Assembly: GCF_035944705.1 (NCBI RefSeq)
Contig: NZ_DASZAX010000011.1
From: Mesorhizobium sp.
GTDB lineage: Bacteria; Pseudomonadota; Alphaproteobacteria; Rhizobiales; Rhizobiaceae
Reading direction: 5' to 3' (one strand)
DNA: 64,000 nt
A program made the position numbers and the translations under genes. Numbering within the stretch: the first letter of the stretch is position 1; each line of letters starts with the position of its first letter. Positions 28,574 to 37,746 of this stretch are shown here, piece after piece. The notes under the pieces were generated by a model, which saw nothing but the letters and a program-made list of their open reading frames with translations, had not been told where the DNA came from and ran no database searches.

Positions 28574-28966
28574 CTAATTCACCACCCGCCTGGCGTTGGG
28601 CAGGTCCAGCGAAAAAGCGGGGATGGCGATGTCGAACTGCTCGCCGCGCGCGTTGCGCATCGTGTAGTGCCCGACCATGATGCCGGAGGGCGTCGAAAGC
28701 GGGCAGCCCGACGTGTATTGGTAACTGTCGCCGGGGTTCAGTTCCGGTTTTTCGCCAACGACGCCAGGGCCGCGCACCTCCTCCACCTGTCCCATGCCGT
28801 CGGTGATGTGCCAGTAGCGCGACAGAAGCTGCACGAATTCGTCCGAGCGGTTGTCGATCGTCACCCGGTAGCCCCATACGTAACGGCTCTCATCGGGGTC
28901 CGAGCGGTCCTCGAGGTAGAAGGGTTCCACCTCGACCACGATGTTACGGGTGACTGCGCTGTACAT
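28574..28966 (-). CDS. apaG: ApaG protein (DUF525)
   Basis: [39 protein letters not shown]...YQYTSGCPL... is the canonical ApaG pattern. Start at Met 28966. Confidence 0.85.
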   Translation of the reverse strand: MYSAVTRNIVVEVEPFYLEDRSDPDESRYVWGYRVTIDNRSDEFVQLLSRYWHITDGMGQVEEVRGPGVVGEKPELNPGDSYQYTSGCPLSTPSGIMVGHYTMRNARGEQFDIAIPAFSLDLPNARRVVN

Positions 28967-29120
28967 GGGCAACCTGATGCGACTCGGTACCAGAAACTGC
29001 AACGAGTTTCCGCCCGTGCACCGTCATGGTCAACCTTCTGTCATGTGCACGACATGAAACGGTGATGGTGTGCGCCGATCGCATCCGGTCCCGTGATGAT
29101 TCCTGGATGGCCCAACAAGG

Positions 29121-29240
29121 CTAGCGCATGACTCCGAAATCGGAATCGATTTCGGAAAGGATCATGCGCCAGATCAAAGTCTTAGAGCATCCTTTGCGCG
29201 TCCAAAAGGACGCGCGGTGCTCTAAAGCCCGCGTTTCCGG
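29121..29240. repeat. Intergenic hairpin repeat (variant of the TAGAGC...GCTCTAAAG family)
   Basis: Two hairpins: CCGAAATCGgaaTCGATTTCGG and TTAGAGCATCCtttGCGCGTCCaaaaGGACGCGCggTGCTCTAA. The second shares its arms with the copies at 42.1 and 59.7 kb. Confidence 0.6.
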
Positions 29241-29255
29241 GAGTGACCTGACTTC

Positions 29256-30407
29256 ATGGACCTGACAATCGCCGCCGCATCCTTTTCTGCCGCTCTGCTT
29301 CTCACCAATCTCGTTTCCATAGGACTGGCGTGGTCCCAGCTGGAGCGACGCCGCACGGCACCGGCACCTCGCAGCGATGCGCCGCCGGTCTCGATCGTCA
29401 TACCCGCGCGCGGTATCGAGCCCTTCACACCTGAGACGCTGGAATGTGCTTTTCGGCTCGATTGGCCGGACTACGAACTGATCTTCTGTGTGGCCCATAC
29501 CGATGACCCGGTCGCCTTGACCATTCGCACCACCATGGCGCGTTTCCCCGACGTACCGGCCCGCCTCTTGTTCGGCGATGACCGTATCAGCGGCAATCCC
29601 AAGTTGAACAACTGCGTCAAAGGCTGGGAGGCGGCGCGGCACGACTGGGTGATCCTGGCGGACTCCAATGTGCTGATGCCGCGCGACTACATCCAGAACA
29701 TGATGCAGGCCTGGCGCCCGGACAGCGGTCTCGTCTGCTCGACGCCGGTCGGCTCGCGCCCCGACGGGTTCTGGGCCGAGGTCGAATGCGCCTTCCTCAA
29801 CACGCTGCAGGCGCGCTGGCAATATACAGGCGCTGCCGCCGGTCTCGGCTTCGCGCAGGGCAAGAGCATGTTGTGGTCGAAGCCGCTGCTCGATGCCAAT
29901 GGCGGTATCCATGCCCTGGCCGCCGAGATCGCCGAAGACGCCGCCGCCACGAAGCTTGTCAACGGGCTCGGCCTGAAAGTCCACTTGGTGGCTTCGCCGT
30001 TCGAGCAGCCGCTCGGGTACCGCAAAGTCGAGGCGGTGTGGTCGCGCCAGGCACGCTGGGCGCGGTTGCGCCGCGTCACCTTCCCATTGTTTTTCGCGCC
30101 GGAGCTTTTTGTCGGCGCAGCAATGCCATTGCTGTTCGCGTTGATTGCCGCCGCCGGCTCAGGCGCCGACATGCTCTCGACCACCTTGCTGGTGCTGGCT
30201 GCCGTCTACCTGCCGGAATATGCATTGGCGCTGGCCAAGGGCTGGTACGCCTCTCCACGCCTGATTGCGGCCATGGTGGTGCGCGACATCATGGTCCCGG
30301 CCATCTGGCTGCGCGGCTGGCTCGGCGGCGCCATTGACTGGCGCGGCAACACCATGAACATCACCACCAAGTCCGACGAAGCCGAGGAGGTTCTGTCGGG
30401 CGCCTGA
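29256..30407 (+). CDS. Family-21 glycosyltransferase (ceramide-glucosyltransferase homologue; Pgt-like lipid glycosyltransferase)
   Basis: N-terminal TM, then PVSIVIPARG..., D-x-D context (ILADSNV). Multi-TM C-terminus. Confidence 0.8.
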   Translation: MDLTIAAASFSAALLLTNLVSIGLAWSQLERRRTAPAPRSDAPPVSIVIPARGIEPFTPETLECAFRLDWPDYELIFCVAHTDDPVALTIRTTMARFPDVPARLLFGDDRISGNPKLNNCVKGWEAARHDWVILADSNVLMPRDYIQNMMQAWRPDSGLVCSTPVGSRPDGFWAEVECAFLNTLQARWQYTGAAAGLGFAQGKSMLWSKPLLDANGGIHALAAEIAEDAAATKLVNGLGLKVHLVASPFEQPLGYRKVEAVWSRQARWARLRRVTFPLFFAPELFVGAAMPLLFALIAAAGSGADMLSTTLLVLAAVYLPEYALALAKGWYASPRLIAAMVVRDIMVPAIWLRGWLGGAIDWRGNTMNITTKSDEAEEVLSGA

Positions 30408-30436
30408 CCTTTTCAGCGGTATCGCCGCCGGTCGGT

Positions 30437-30802
30437 TTGCGGCATGATCGTCGGGGCAGGGGGATGGGGAGGTTGGCCGTGCTGTCCGAGGATCGCTATT
30501 GCCAGATCGCGCTCGGTTTTCCCAGATCCGATCAGAGCAGCCATTTCGACGTCACCGATTTCCGCGTACGCGGCAAGATCTTTGCCACCCTGCGGCCGAA
30601 GGATAGCCGCGCCGTCATCAAGCTCGCGCCGGATGAGCAGCGGCTGCTGCTCGAAACATCGACCGGCCAGTTCGAACCGATCCCGGGCTCGTGGGGTCAG
30701 AAGGGCTGGACACGGGTCTGGCTGGAAAAGGCGGACGAGGAGACCGTTCGCCACGCCATGACGATGAGCTGGCGCTCGGTCGCGCCGAAATCGTTGCGGT
30801 AG
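30437..30802 (+). CDS. MmcQ/YjbR-family protein
   Basis: ...HFDVTDFRVRGKIFATL...GWTRVWLE... pattern. The start is uncertain (alternative Met at 30464). Confidence 0.65.
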   Translation: MRHDRRGRGMGRLAVLSEDRYCQIALGFPRSDQSSHFDVTDFRVRGKIFATLRPKDSRAVIKLAPDEQRLLLETSTGQFEPIPGSWGQKGWTRVWLEKADEETVRHAMTMSWRSVAPKSLR

Positions 30803-30854
30803 CGGGGAAACAGAGCGGAATGCGGGTTCTTCCACCGCATTCCGCTCCAGATCG

Positions 30855-32042
30855 TCACGCCCTCTTGAGCGCCTGTTCGATATCTTCGAGCAGGTCGTCG
30901 GTGTCTTCGAGGCCGAGAGACAGGCGCAGCGTGCCTTCGCCAATGCCGAGCTCGGCGCGGGCTTCGTCGGTCAGGTTCTTGTGCGTCGTCGTCGCCGGAT
31001 GGGTGATCAGGCTCTTGGCATCGCCCAGATTGTTGGAGATCAGCACTACGTCGAGCGCGTTTTCGAAGGCGAAGGCCGATTTCTTGCCGCCCTTCAGGTC
31101 GAAGCAGATCAGCGTCGAGCCGCCGGTCATCTGCTTCTTGATGATGTCGGCCTGCGGGTGGTCGGCGCGGCCGGGATAGATCAGCCTTCCGACCTTCGGA
31201 TGGTCGGCCAGGAAGTCGGCGATCCTGGCTGCAGCTTCTGTCTGCTGACGCACGCGCAGCGGCAGCGTCTCCAGGCCCTTCAGCAGCACCCAGGCATTGA
31301 AGGGCGACAGGCTCGGGCCGGTGTGACGGAAGTAGTCGTGCAGGTTCTCGTCGATCCATTTCTTGTCGGACAGCACGATGCCGCCGAGGCAGCGCCCCTG
31401 GCCGTCAATGTGCTTGGTGGCCGAATAGACGACGATGTGCGCGCCAAGCTCCAGCGGCTTCTGCTGCAGCGGGGTGGCGAAGACATTGTCCACCACCAGC
31501 CTGGCGCCAATCGCGTTGGCGAGCCTGGCGACGGCGGCAATGTCGACCACCTCCAGCGTCGGGTTGGTAGGGCTTTCCAGGAAGAAAAGCTTGGTGTTCG
31601 GCCGTACCGCCGCTTCCCAGTTGCCGATCTCGGTGCCGTCGACCAGTGTTGCCTCGATGCCGTATTTCGGCGCCAGCGTCTCGACCACCCAGCGACAGGA
31701 GCCGAACAGAGCGCGCGCGGCGACGATGTGGTCACCGGCCTTGAGGCTGCACAGCACGGCAGCGGTCACCGCGGCCATGCCGGAAGCGGTGGCGCGGGCG
31801 TCTTCAGCGCCTTCCAGCGCGCACATGCGCTTTTCGAACATGTCGACGGTGGGGTTGGCGTAGCGCGAATAGATGAAGCCGGGCTCCTCGCCCTTGAAGC
31901 GGGCTTCGGCGCGCTCGGCGCTGTCATAGTGATAACCTTGCGTCAGGAACATCGCTTCGGACATCTCGCCGAAGCCCGATCGCAGCGTGCCTGCGTGGAC
32001 GAGCTGGGTTGCGGGTTTCCAGTTGCGCTTTTTCTCGGTCAT
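30855..32042 (-). CDS. metZ: O-succinylhomoserine sulfhydrylase (Cys/Met-metabolism PLP enzyme)
   Basis: MTEKKRNWKPATQLVHAG... PLP-Lys context VVYSATKHIDGQGR. Sits behind a SAM-II riboswitch. Confidence 0.9.
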   Translation of the reverse strand: MTEKKRNWKPATQLVHAGTLRSGFGEMSEAMFLTQGYHYDSAERAEARFKGEEPGFIYSRYANPTVDMFEKRMCALEGAEDARATASGMAAVTAAVLCSLKAGDHIVAARALFGSCRWVVETLAPKYGIEATLVDGTEIGNWEAAVRPNTKLFFLESPTNPTLEVVDIAAVARLANAIGARLVVDNVFATPLQQKPLELGAHIVVYSATKHIDGQGRCLGGIVLSDKKWIDENLHDYFRHTGPSLSPFNAWVLLKGLETLPLRVRQQTEAAARIADFLADHPKVGRLIYPGRADHPQADIIKKQMTGGSTLICFDLKGGKKSAFAFENALDVVLISNNLGDAKSLITHPATTTHKNLTDEARAELGIGEGTLRLSLGLEDTDDLLEDIEQALKRA

Positions 32043-32090
32043 GGTTCCGTTCCGACACAAAAACTGGCCGCCATGATAGCTGGCGGACAC

Positions 32091-32120
32091 AAAAAAACCG
32101 GCCGCGAAGTCGCAACCGGT
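32091..32120 (-). terminator. Intrinsic terminator (expression platform) in the metZ leader
   Basis: Minus-strand RNA ACCGGUUGCG-ACUU-CGCGGCCGGU followed by U7. A second hairpin, CCGCCA-gcuauca-UGGCGG plus U5, follows at 32058-32086. Confidence 0.6.
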
Positions 32121-32150
32121 CCATACGGCCTTTGTCGGGCCCTGCGGTCC

Positions 32151-32200
32151 TTTAGCGACTTGTTTAACGTGGCTGCAAGCCGACCGGCCAAATCACCACG
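32151..32200 (-). promoter_or_regulatory. SAM-II (SAM-alpha) riboswitch aptamer
   Basis: Minus-strand RNA CGUGGUGAUUUGGCCGGUCGGCUUGCAGCCACGUUAAACAAGUCGCUAAA. It matches my recollection of the alphaproteobacterial metA/metZ element (GUGAUUUGG...GGCUUGC...AAGUCGCUAAAG), located 110-160 nt upstream of metZ. Confidence 0.75.
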
Positions 32201-32288
32201 GGATAAAGCACCCTTTAGACCCGGGGGCGGCTTGCGTCAATTGCCGGCTTCATTAAGAGCATGGAGGGCTGGCTGACTTGAGCCACCT

Positions 32289-33395
32289 GTGGAGTTGTCA
32301 TTGCGCAAGACAGGCATTCTTCCCGATCAGGATATCGCGGCGCTGTTCCAGGCGGGCAGCCTGAAGTCGCCGCGGCCGCTCGATGCTGATCAGATCCAGC
32401 CGGCCAGCCTCGACCTTCGCCTCGGCGAAAAGGCCTATCGTGTTCGCGCCAGCTTCCTGCCCGGCCCCAACAGCACGGTGGCGGCCAAGCTCGATCGGCT
32501 GAAGCTGCACGAGATCGACCTCGCCGACGGCGCGGTGCTGGAGACGGGCTGCGTCTACATCGTGCCGCTGCTGGAAAGTCTGGAGCTGCCGGGCGACATT
32601 TCCGCCTCGACCAATCCGAAAAGCTCCACTGGTCGGCTCGACATCTTCACCCGCGTCATGACCGATCATGGCCAGGAGTTCGACAAGATCGCCGCCGGCT
32701 ATCGCGGTCAGCTCTATCTCGAGGTCAGCCCACGCACGTTTCCGATCGTCGTCCGCACCGGCTCGCGCCTGTCGCAGATACGTTTCCGCACCGGCAATGC
32801 GCTGTTGTCGGAAGACGAACTGCATGCGCTGCACCGCGCCGAGACGCTGGTGGCGATCGATCCGCCCAACATCTCCAATGGCGGCATCGCGCTGTCCATC
32901 GACCTCGCGGGCGACAAGGACGGGCTGGTCGGCTATCGCGGCAAGCACCACACCGGGCTGGTCGACGTCGACAGACGCGCCGCCCAGGACATCGTCGATT
33001 TCTGGGAGCCGCTCTATCGCAGCGGCGCCGGCGAGCTGGTGCTCGATCCGGACGAGTTCTACATCCTCGTCAGCCAGGAGGCGGTGCATGTGCCGCCGCT
33101 CTACGCTGCCGAGATGACGCCGTTCGATCCACTGGTCGGCGAATTCCGCGTGCACTATGCCGGTTTCTTCGACCCCGGCTTCGGCCATTCGGCGGCGGGC
33201 GGCACCGGCAGCCGCGCGGTGCTGGAGGTGCGCAGCCATGAGGTGCCGTTCATCCTCGACCATGGCCAGATCGTCGGCCGGCTGGTCTTCGAGCACATGC
33301 TGAAGCGGCCGACCGCGCTTTACGGCACCGATCTCGGCTCCAACTACCAGGCGCAAGGCCTGAAGCTGTCGAAGCACTTCAGGGCAGCAAGATAA
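32289..33395 (+). CDS. dcd: 2'-deoxycytidine 5'-triphosphate deaminase (long alphaproteobacterial form)
   Basis: ...TGILPDQDIAALFQAG...DADQIQPASLDLRLG...HYAGFFDPGFG... The start is GTG 32289 or TTG 32301. Confidence 0.9.
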   Translation: MELSLRKTGILPDQDIAALFQAGSLKSPRPLDADQIQPASLDLRLGEKAYRVRASFLPGPNSTVAAKLDRLKLHEIDLADGAVLETGCVYIVPLLESLELPGDISASTNPKSSTGRLDIFTRVMTDHGQEFDKIAAGYRGQLYLEVSPRTFPIVVRTGSRLSQIRFRTGNALLSEDELHALHRAETLVAIDPPNISNGGIALSIDLAGDKDGLVGYRGKHHTGLVDVDRRAAQDIVDFWEPLYRSGAGELVLDPDEFYILVSQEAVHVPPLYAAEMTPFDPLVGEFRVHYAGFFDPGFGHSAAGGTGSRAVLEVRSHEVPFILDHGQIVGRLVFEHMLKRPTALYGTDLGSNYQAQGLKLSKHFRAAR

Positions 33396-33546
33396 GGGAA
33401 TAGGGGAACAAACACCTACTCCCTTACTCCCCTTTCCTAAAAGCCGCCCGCCTAAAGCAGCAAGTCCACATCGCATCCTGCGCTTGCCTGGCTCCCGGCG
33501 GCGTGCTTGGCTGTCCACGGACAACAAGACCAACCCGAGGGGAAAC

Positions 33547-34320
33547 ATGATGAAAATGTCCAGGTGGTTCGCAACGGTCGCGGCCGCAACGATGATGGTG
33601 GCCGGCGCCAGCAGCGCCTTTGCGGCCGACAAGATCAAGATCGGCACGGAAGGCGCCTATCCGCCTTTCAATACCCTCACCGCAGACGGCAAGCTCGAAG
33701 GTTTCGACATCGATATCGCCAATGCGCTCTGCGCGCAGATGAAGGCCGAATGCGAACTCGTGACGCAGGATTGGGATGGCATGATCCCTGCGCTGCAGGC
33801 CAAGAAGTTCGACGCCATCATCGCCTCGATGAGCATCACGCCGGAGCGCAAGAAGCAGGTCGCGTTCACCAACAAATATTACACCACGCCGCTGGCGCTG
33901 GTTGCCCTGAAGGACAGCTCGCTGGCCGGCACGGATGGCGAGGCGGTCAAGGGCAAGACTGTCGGCGCGCAGGCCTCCACCACCCAGGCCGATTATGCGC
34001 AGGACGTCTACGCCAAGGCTGGCGCCGACGTGAAGCTCTATCCGACACAGGAAGAGGCGGTGACAGACCTCGTCAACGGCCGTCTCGATGCCGTGCTTTC
34101 CGACAAGTTCGTGCTGGTAGACTGGATGAAGAACGGTTCGGCCAAGGACTGCTGCAAGATGATCGGCGACGTCAAGGGAACCGAGACCGAAGCCGGCATT
34201 GCGGTGCGCCAGGAAGACAACGAACTGCGCGAGAAGTTCAATGCCGCCATCGACGCCATAGTTGCCGACGGTACCTATAAGAAGATCCAGTCGAAGTATT
34301 TCGACTTCGACATCTATTGA
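33547..34320 (+). CDS. Basic amino-acid (Lys/Arg/Orn/His-type) ABC substrate-binding protein, copy 1
   Basis: Signal peptide MMKMSRWFATVAAATMMVAGASSAFA. Contains KIGTEGAYPPFN...DWDGMIPALQAKKFDAIIASMSIT. No transporter genes lie next to it. Confidence 0.9.
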   Translation: MMKMSRWFATVAAATMMVAGASSAFAADKIKIGTEGAYPPFNTLTADGKLEGFDIDIANALCAQMKAECELVTQDWDGMIPALQAKKFDAIIASMSITPERKKQVAFTNKYYTTPLALVALKDSSLAGTDGEAVKGKTVGAQASTTQADYAQDVYAKAGADVKLYPTQEEAVTDLVNGRLDAVLSDKFVLVDWMKNGSAKDCCKMIGDVKGTETEAGIAVRQEDNELREKFNAAIDAIVADGTYKKIQSKYFDFDIY

Positions 34321-34352
34321 GCTGCAGGCTGATCGCCTGGCGCGGATGATCT

Positions 34353-34376
34353 AAGGCCGGGACATGTCCCGGCCTT
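34353..34376. terminator. Bidirectional hairpin between convergent genes
   Basis: AAGGCCGGGA-catg-TCCCGGCCTT, a perfect 10-bp stem followed by TT. Confidence 0.6.
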
Positions 34377-34412
34377 TGCCATCAGTGAGACATTGCGACT
34401 GGATCGCGTGAA

Positions 34413-35399
34413 TCAGATCGCGCTGCTCCATTGCACAGGCACCAGTTCGAAGCCGTTGCCTGCCTTGGCGATGTGGCCGGTGGCGGGGAAGGGGGCATGG
34501 TAGAAGGCGACCTGCATCTTCTCCGCCGCCGCCATGTCGAGCAGCTTGCGCCGGGTGGCCGTTGCCTGCGGCCCGTCCATGTCGAAGATCGCCGTCCAGT
34601 CGGGATTGCGCACGAACAGTGCCGGATGGTTGGTCGTGTCCGACAGCGCCATCAGCCTGCCTTCGCCGGAAGTGATGGCGAAGACGGTGTGGCCAGGCGT
34701 ATGGCCCGGAGCGGCGATCGCGGTCACGCCGGGCACGAGTTCCTTGTCGGCTTCGAACTGTTTCACATCCTTGGCGACGGGGCCGAAGACGCGGCGCACG
34801 GTAGCGAAGGCGTTCCTGGCGGCTTCCGGTGCAGCGTTCATTTTTGCATCGTCCATCCAGAACGCCCATTCGGCGGCCGGCACCATCACTTCGGCATTCG
34901 GGAATACGGCGGTGCCGTTCTTGAGACGGAAGCCGTTGATGTGGTCGCCGTGGAAATGGCTGATGATGACGGTCGAGACATCCTCCGGCTTAAAGCCGGC
35001 GGCCTTGAAATTGTTCATCCAGACCCCGGAGGTTGGCGCGCCGGAATCGCCATTGCCGGTGTCGATCAGCACTAGCCTGTCGCCGATCTGCAGCGCCAGC
35101 GTGGTGTAGGAGATCGAAAGCGCGTCGCTTGGCAGATAGGCGGCTTCCAGTGCTTTCTCGACGTCGGCGAGTTCGGCATTGCGGATGAAGCCTTCGAGCG
35201 GGCGCTTGCCGAAGCCGTCGTTGAGTGCGGTGACGGTGATGTCGCCGACTTTGTAGCGATAGAAGCCGGGATTGTGGCTCACAGGTGCGTCCTGTGCCTG
35301 GGCTGGTGCGATGCCGGCTGGCAGGTCGAGGACGGCGGCGGCGGCAAGGGCGCCGGCGCTTGTCATGATGGTGCGGCGGGAAAGGGGAAAACTGGCCAT
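34413..35399 (-). CDS. Tat-exported MBL-fold metallo-hydrolase
   Basis: Tat motif LSRRTIMTSAGALAAAA...AQA. HxHxDH motif ISHFHGDHINGF. Confidence 0.85.
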   Translation of the reverse strand: MASFPLSRRTIMTSAGALAAAAVLDLPAGIAPAQAQDAPVSHNPGFYRYKVGDITVTALNDGFGKRPLEGFIRNAELADVEKALEAAYLPSDALSISYTTLALQIGDRLVLIDTGNGDSGAPTSGVWMNNFKAAGFKPEDVSTVIISHFHGDHINGFRLKNGTAVFPNAEVMVPAAEWAFWMDDAKMNAAPEAARNAFATVRRVFGPVAKDVKQFEADKELVPGVTAIAAPGHTPGHTVFAITSGEGRLMALSDTTNHPALFVRNPDWTAIFDMDGPQATATRRKLLDMAAAEKMQVAFYHAPFPATGHIAKAGNGFELVPVQWSSAI

Positions 35400-35691
35400 T
35401 GATCGGGGACTCCAAGGGTCAGCAGGCGCGGCTTTGACTGGCGGCGCTCATCGCCGACCGGTTCCGCGTCCAGGGGGTAAACCCATGCGGCAGGCTAACA
35501 GCCGGACCCATCGCTTCAACCCGATGCGGGCGGGACCGGGTCACCTTTGCGTGAGCCGGGTGTTATCGCGGGAGATCGGGCGCGGCCACATATGGAGCAC
35601 CAATCGAAGCCCGGCGCTGGCGCTTTCTCGCTTTGCCGGCACATGTTTGGCAGGATCAGGCCGTTTCGGCTGTCGTGGAGGGAAAACAAGA

Positions 35692-36465
35692 ATGAAGATT
35701 TCGAAAGGGCTCGTCTCGGCTGCTGCCGCGACGACGTTGGTCATGGGGCTGATGGTTGCGCCGGCTGCCGCCGAGAAGCTGAAGATCGCCACGGAAGGTG
35801 CGGCGCCGCCCTTCAGCACGGTGACGGCGGACGGCAAACTGGCCGGCTTCGACGTCGATATCGCCAACGCGCTGTGCGCCGAGATGAAGATCGAATGCGA
35901 GATCGTCGCGCAGGATTGGGACGGCATGATCCCGGCGCTGCAGGCCAGGAAATTCGACGCCATCATCGCCTCGATGACCATCACCGAGGAGCGCAAGAAG
36001 CAGGTCGCCTTCACCAACAAGTACTACTCGACGCCGCTGGCGCTGGCCGGCCTGAAGGACACCACGGTGACCGGCACCGAGCCGGCGGCGCTGGAAGGCA
36101 AGACGCTAGGCGCGCAAGGCTCGACCATGCAGGCCACCTATGCGCAGGACGTCTACGCCAAGGCCGGTGCCGAGGTGAAACTCTATCCCACGCATGAGGA
36201 CGCAGCGACCGATCTGGTCAATGGCCGCCTCGACGCCATCATCACCGACAAGTTCGTGCTGGTCGACTGGGTCAAGAACGGCAACGGCAAGGATTGCTGC
36301 AAGGTGATCGGCGATGTGAAGGGCACCGAAGCACAGATCGGCATCGCCATCCGCCAGGGCGAGGATGCGCTGCGCGAGCGCTTCAACGCCGCAATCGACG
36401 CCATCGTCGCCGACGGCACCTACAAGAAGGTGCAGGCGAAGTATTTCGACTTCGATATCTATTGA
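35692..36465 (+). CDS. Basic amino-acid ABC substrate-binding protein, copy 2 (paralogue of 33547-34320)
   Basis: ATG 35692. MKISKGLVSAAAATTLVMGLMVAPAAA. About 75% identical by eye to copy 1 over the full length (same 257 aa, same ...KYFDFDIY end). Confidence 0.9.
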   Translation: MKISKGLVSAAAATTLVMGLMVAPAAAEKLKIATEGAAPPFSTVTADGKLAGFDVDIANALCAEMKIECEIVAQDWDGMIPALQARKFDAIIASMTITEERKKQVAFTNKYYSTPLALAGLKDTTVTGTEPAALEGKTLGAQGSTMQATYAQDVYAKAGAEVKLYPTHEDAATDLVNGRLDAIITDKFVLVDWVKNGNGKDCCKVIGDVKGTEAQIGIAIRQGEDALRERFNAAIDAIVADGTYKKVQAKYFDFDIY

Positions 36466-36493
36466 GTGGCCGCATCAAGACTGACGGAGAAAC

Positions 36494-36510
36494 GGGCGCC
36501 TGCGGCGCCC
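36494..36510. terminator. GC hairpin between convergent genes
   Basis: GGGCGCC-tgc-GGCGCCC, without a T tract. Confidence 0.35.
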
Positions 36511-36534
36511 GCTTGCCGTCTGGGCCCATGCGCC

Positions 36535-37746
36535 TTAGCGGGAGGGTGAAAGCAATCGATCCCGCAAATGCAGCGCCGTTCTTTCCACGCACAACCAGAG
36601 CAGAGCCGCGATGGCGAAGCTTGTGGTCAGATAGATGAAGAAGCCGATGCCACCCTGCAGGTATTCTTCTCCCACCAGCAGGCGCATGATGTGGAAGACG
36701 GACTTGTGTGTGAGATAGAGGCTATAGGACAGGGTGGCGACGAGAGCTGCCCCCGGTACAGGCCAGCGCTTCAGGACGTGTTCGAGATCGAGCATTGCGC
36801 AAAACACAAGCGCGATGCCGATCGAGATCAGCGGAAAACCGGCGACCGCGCCGAGTTGTGCCTGAAACACCGGAAACATCCCTGTGCCTTCGAGCGGTCC
36901 CCGGATCGCGAAGCAGATCAACGCCGCGATGACGAAGGCCAACCCAAGAGGAAGTGTCACCCTTGCGGGCAGCCAGCGCCCGCAAAAGTCCGGTCTGAAG
37001 AAACGCGCTGCCGCGAGCACGACGCCGAACAGCAGTCCGTCCAGACGCGTATAGGTCGGATAGTAGATATCGCGAAGGTAAGTGGCAAAGGCAGGACGGA
37101 ACTGTCCCCCTGCGACGAGTGCGCCGACCTGCGTGTCCCATAGCGTATAGCGCAGGACGATCCCTGCCACTGTCAGCAGTCCTGCGAGCGCGAGCACCCA
37201 GCGGGTGCCAATGCGTCGGTGGAAGAGAAGCACCAGCAGAGGCAGGGCAAGGTAGAACTGTTCTTCGACAGCAAGCGTCCATGCCTGCGAAAAAGCGTTG
37301 CCCTGTCTCGGGTCGAAACCGAGATTGACCGTAAAGGTTGCGAATTTCCACAGCGGTTGCATCGTCGGTGCATCGCGCAGCAGCGGAATGAAGGCATAGA
37401 ACCCAAGCACTACGAAGAAGGCGGGAAAGATCCGGAAAGCGCGGCGTAGGTAGAATGCCTTGAAATCGACAGTACCCATCCGTGCGATCTCCTTGAACAG
37501 TTGCGTGCCGATCAGGTAGCCGCTGAGCACGAAGAAGATATCGACACCAAGCCAGCCATATTCGCGAACGGTCACCAAAGCAGCTGGCGTGGCGTTGAGG
37601 GGCAGGTGAACCAGCATCACCAGCAGGATCGCCAGGGAGCGAAGGATATCGGGACCGACCATCCGCGTTCGCGTGGTCGGGATGCTCGCGTGTGATGACC
37701 AGGGACGGCCGGCGGCATGGGAACTGCTGCTGGCGAGCATGGTCAT
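36535..37746 (-). CDS. Acyltransferase-3 (OafA-like) integral membrane protein
   Basis: ...DILRSLAILLVMLVHL...GVDIFFVLSGYLI... about 10 TM segments. The start is uncertain (37746, 37740 or 37794). Confidence 0.8.
   Translation of the reverse strand: MTMLASSSSHAAGRPWSSHASIPTTRTRMVGPDILRSLAILLVMLVHLPLNATPAALVTVREYGWLGVDIFFVLSGYLIGTQLFKEIARMGTVDFKAFYLRRAFRIFPAFFVVLGFYAFIPLLRDAPTMQPLWKFATFTVNLGFDPRQGNAFSQAWTLAVEEQFYLALPLLVLLFHRRIGTRWVLALAGLLTVAGIVLRYTLWDTQVGALVAGGQFRPAFATYLRDIYYPTYTRLDGLLFGVVLAAARFFRPDFCGRWLPARVTLPLGLAFVIAALICFAIRGPLEGTGMFPVFQAQLGAVAGFPLISIGIALVFCAMLDLEHVLKRWPVPGAALVATLSYSLYLTHKSVFHIMRLLVGEEYLQGGIGFFIYLTTSFAIAALLWLCVERTALHLRDRLLSPSR

Noticed and set aside
29121-29984. 287-aa minus-strand ORF overlapping the repeat element and the glycosyltransferase gene
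   Set aside because: Antisense shadow ORF. Its 3' part merely reads through the intergenic repeat.
32298-33647. 449-aa minus-strand ORF
   Set aside because: Antisense to dcd. Low-complexity composition.
35272-35691. 140-codon N-terminal extension of the second binding-protein ORF
   Set aside because: The extension overlaps the 5' end of the MBL hydrolase gene on the other strand and lacks coding character. A signal peptide begins at the internal ATG 35692.
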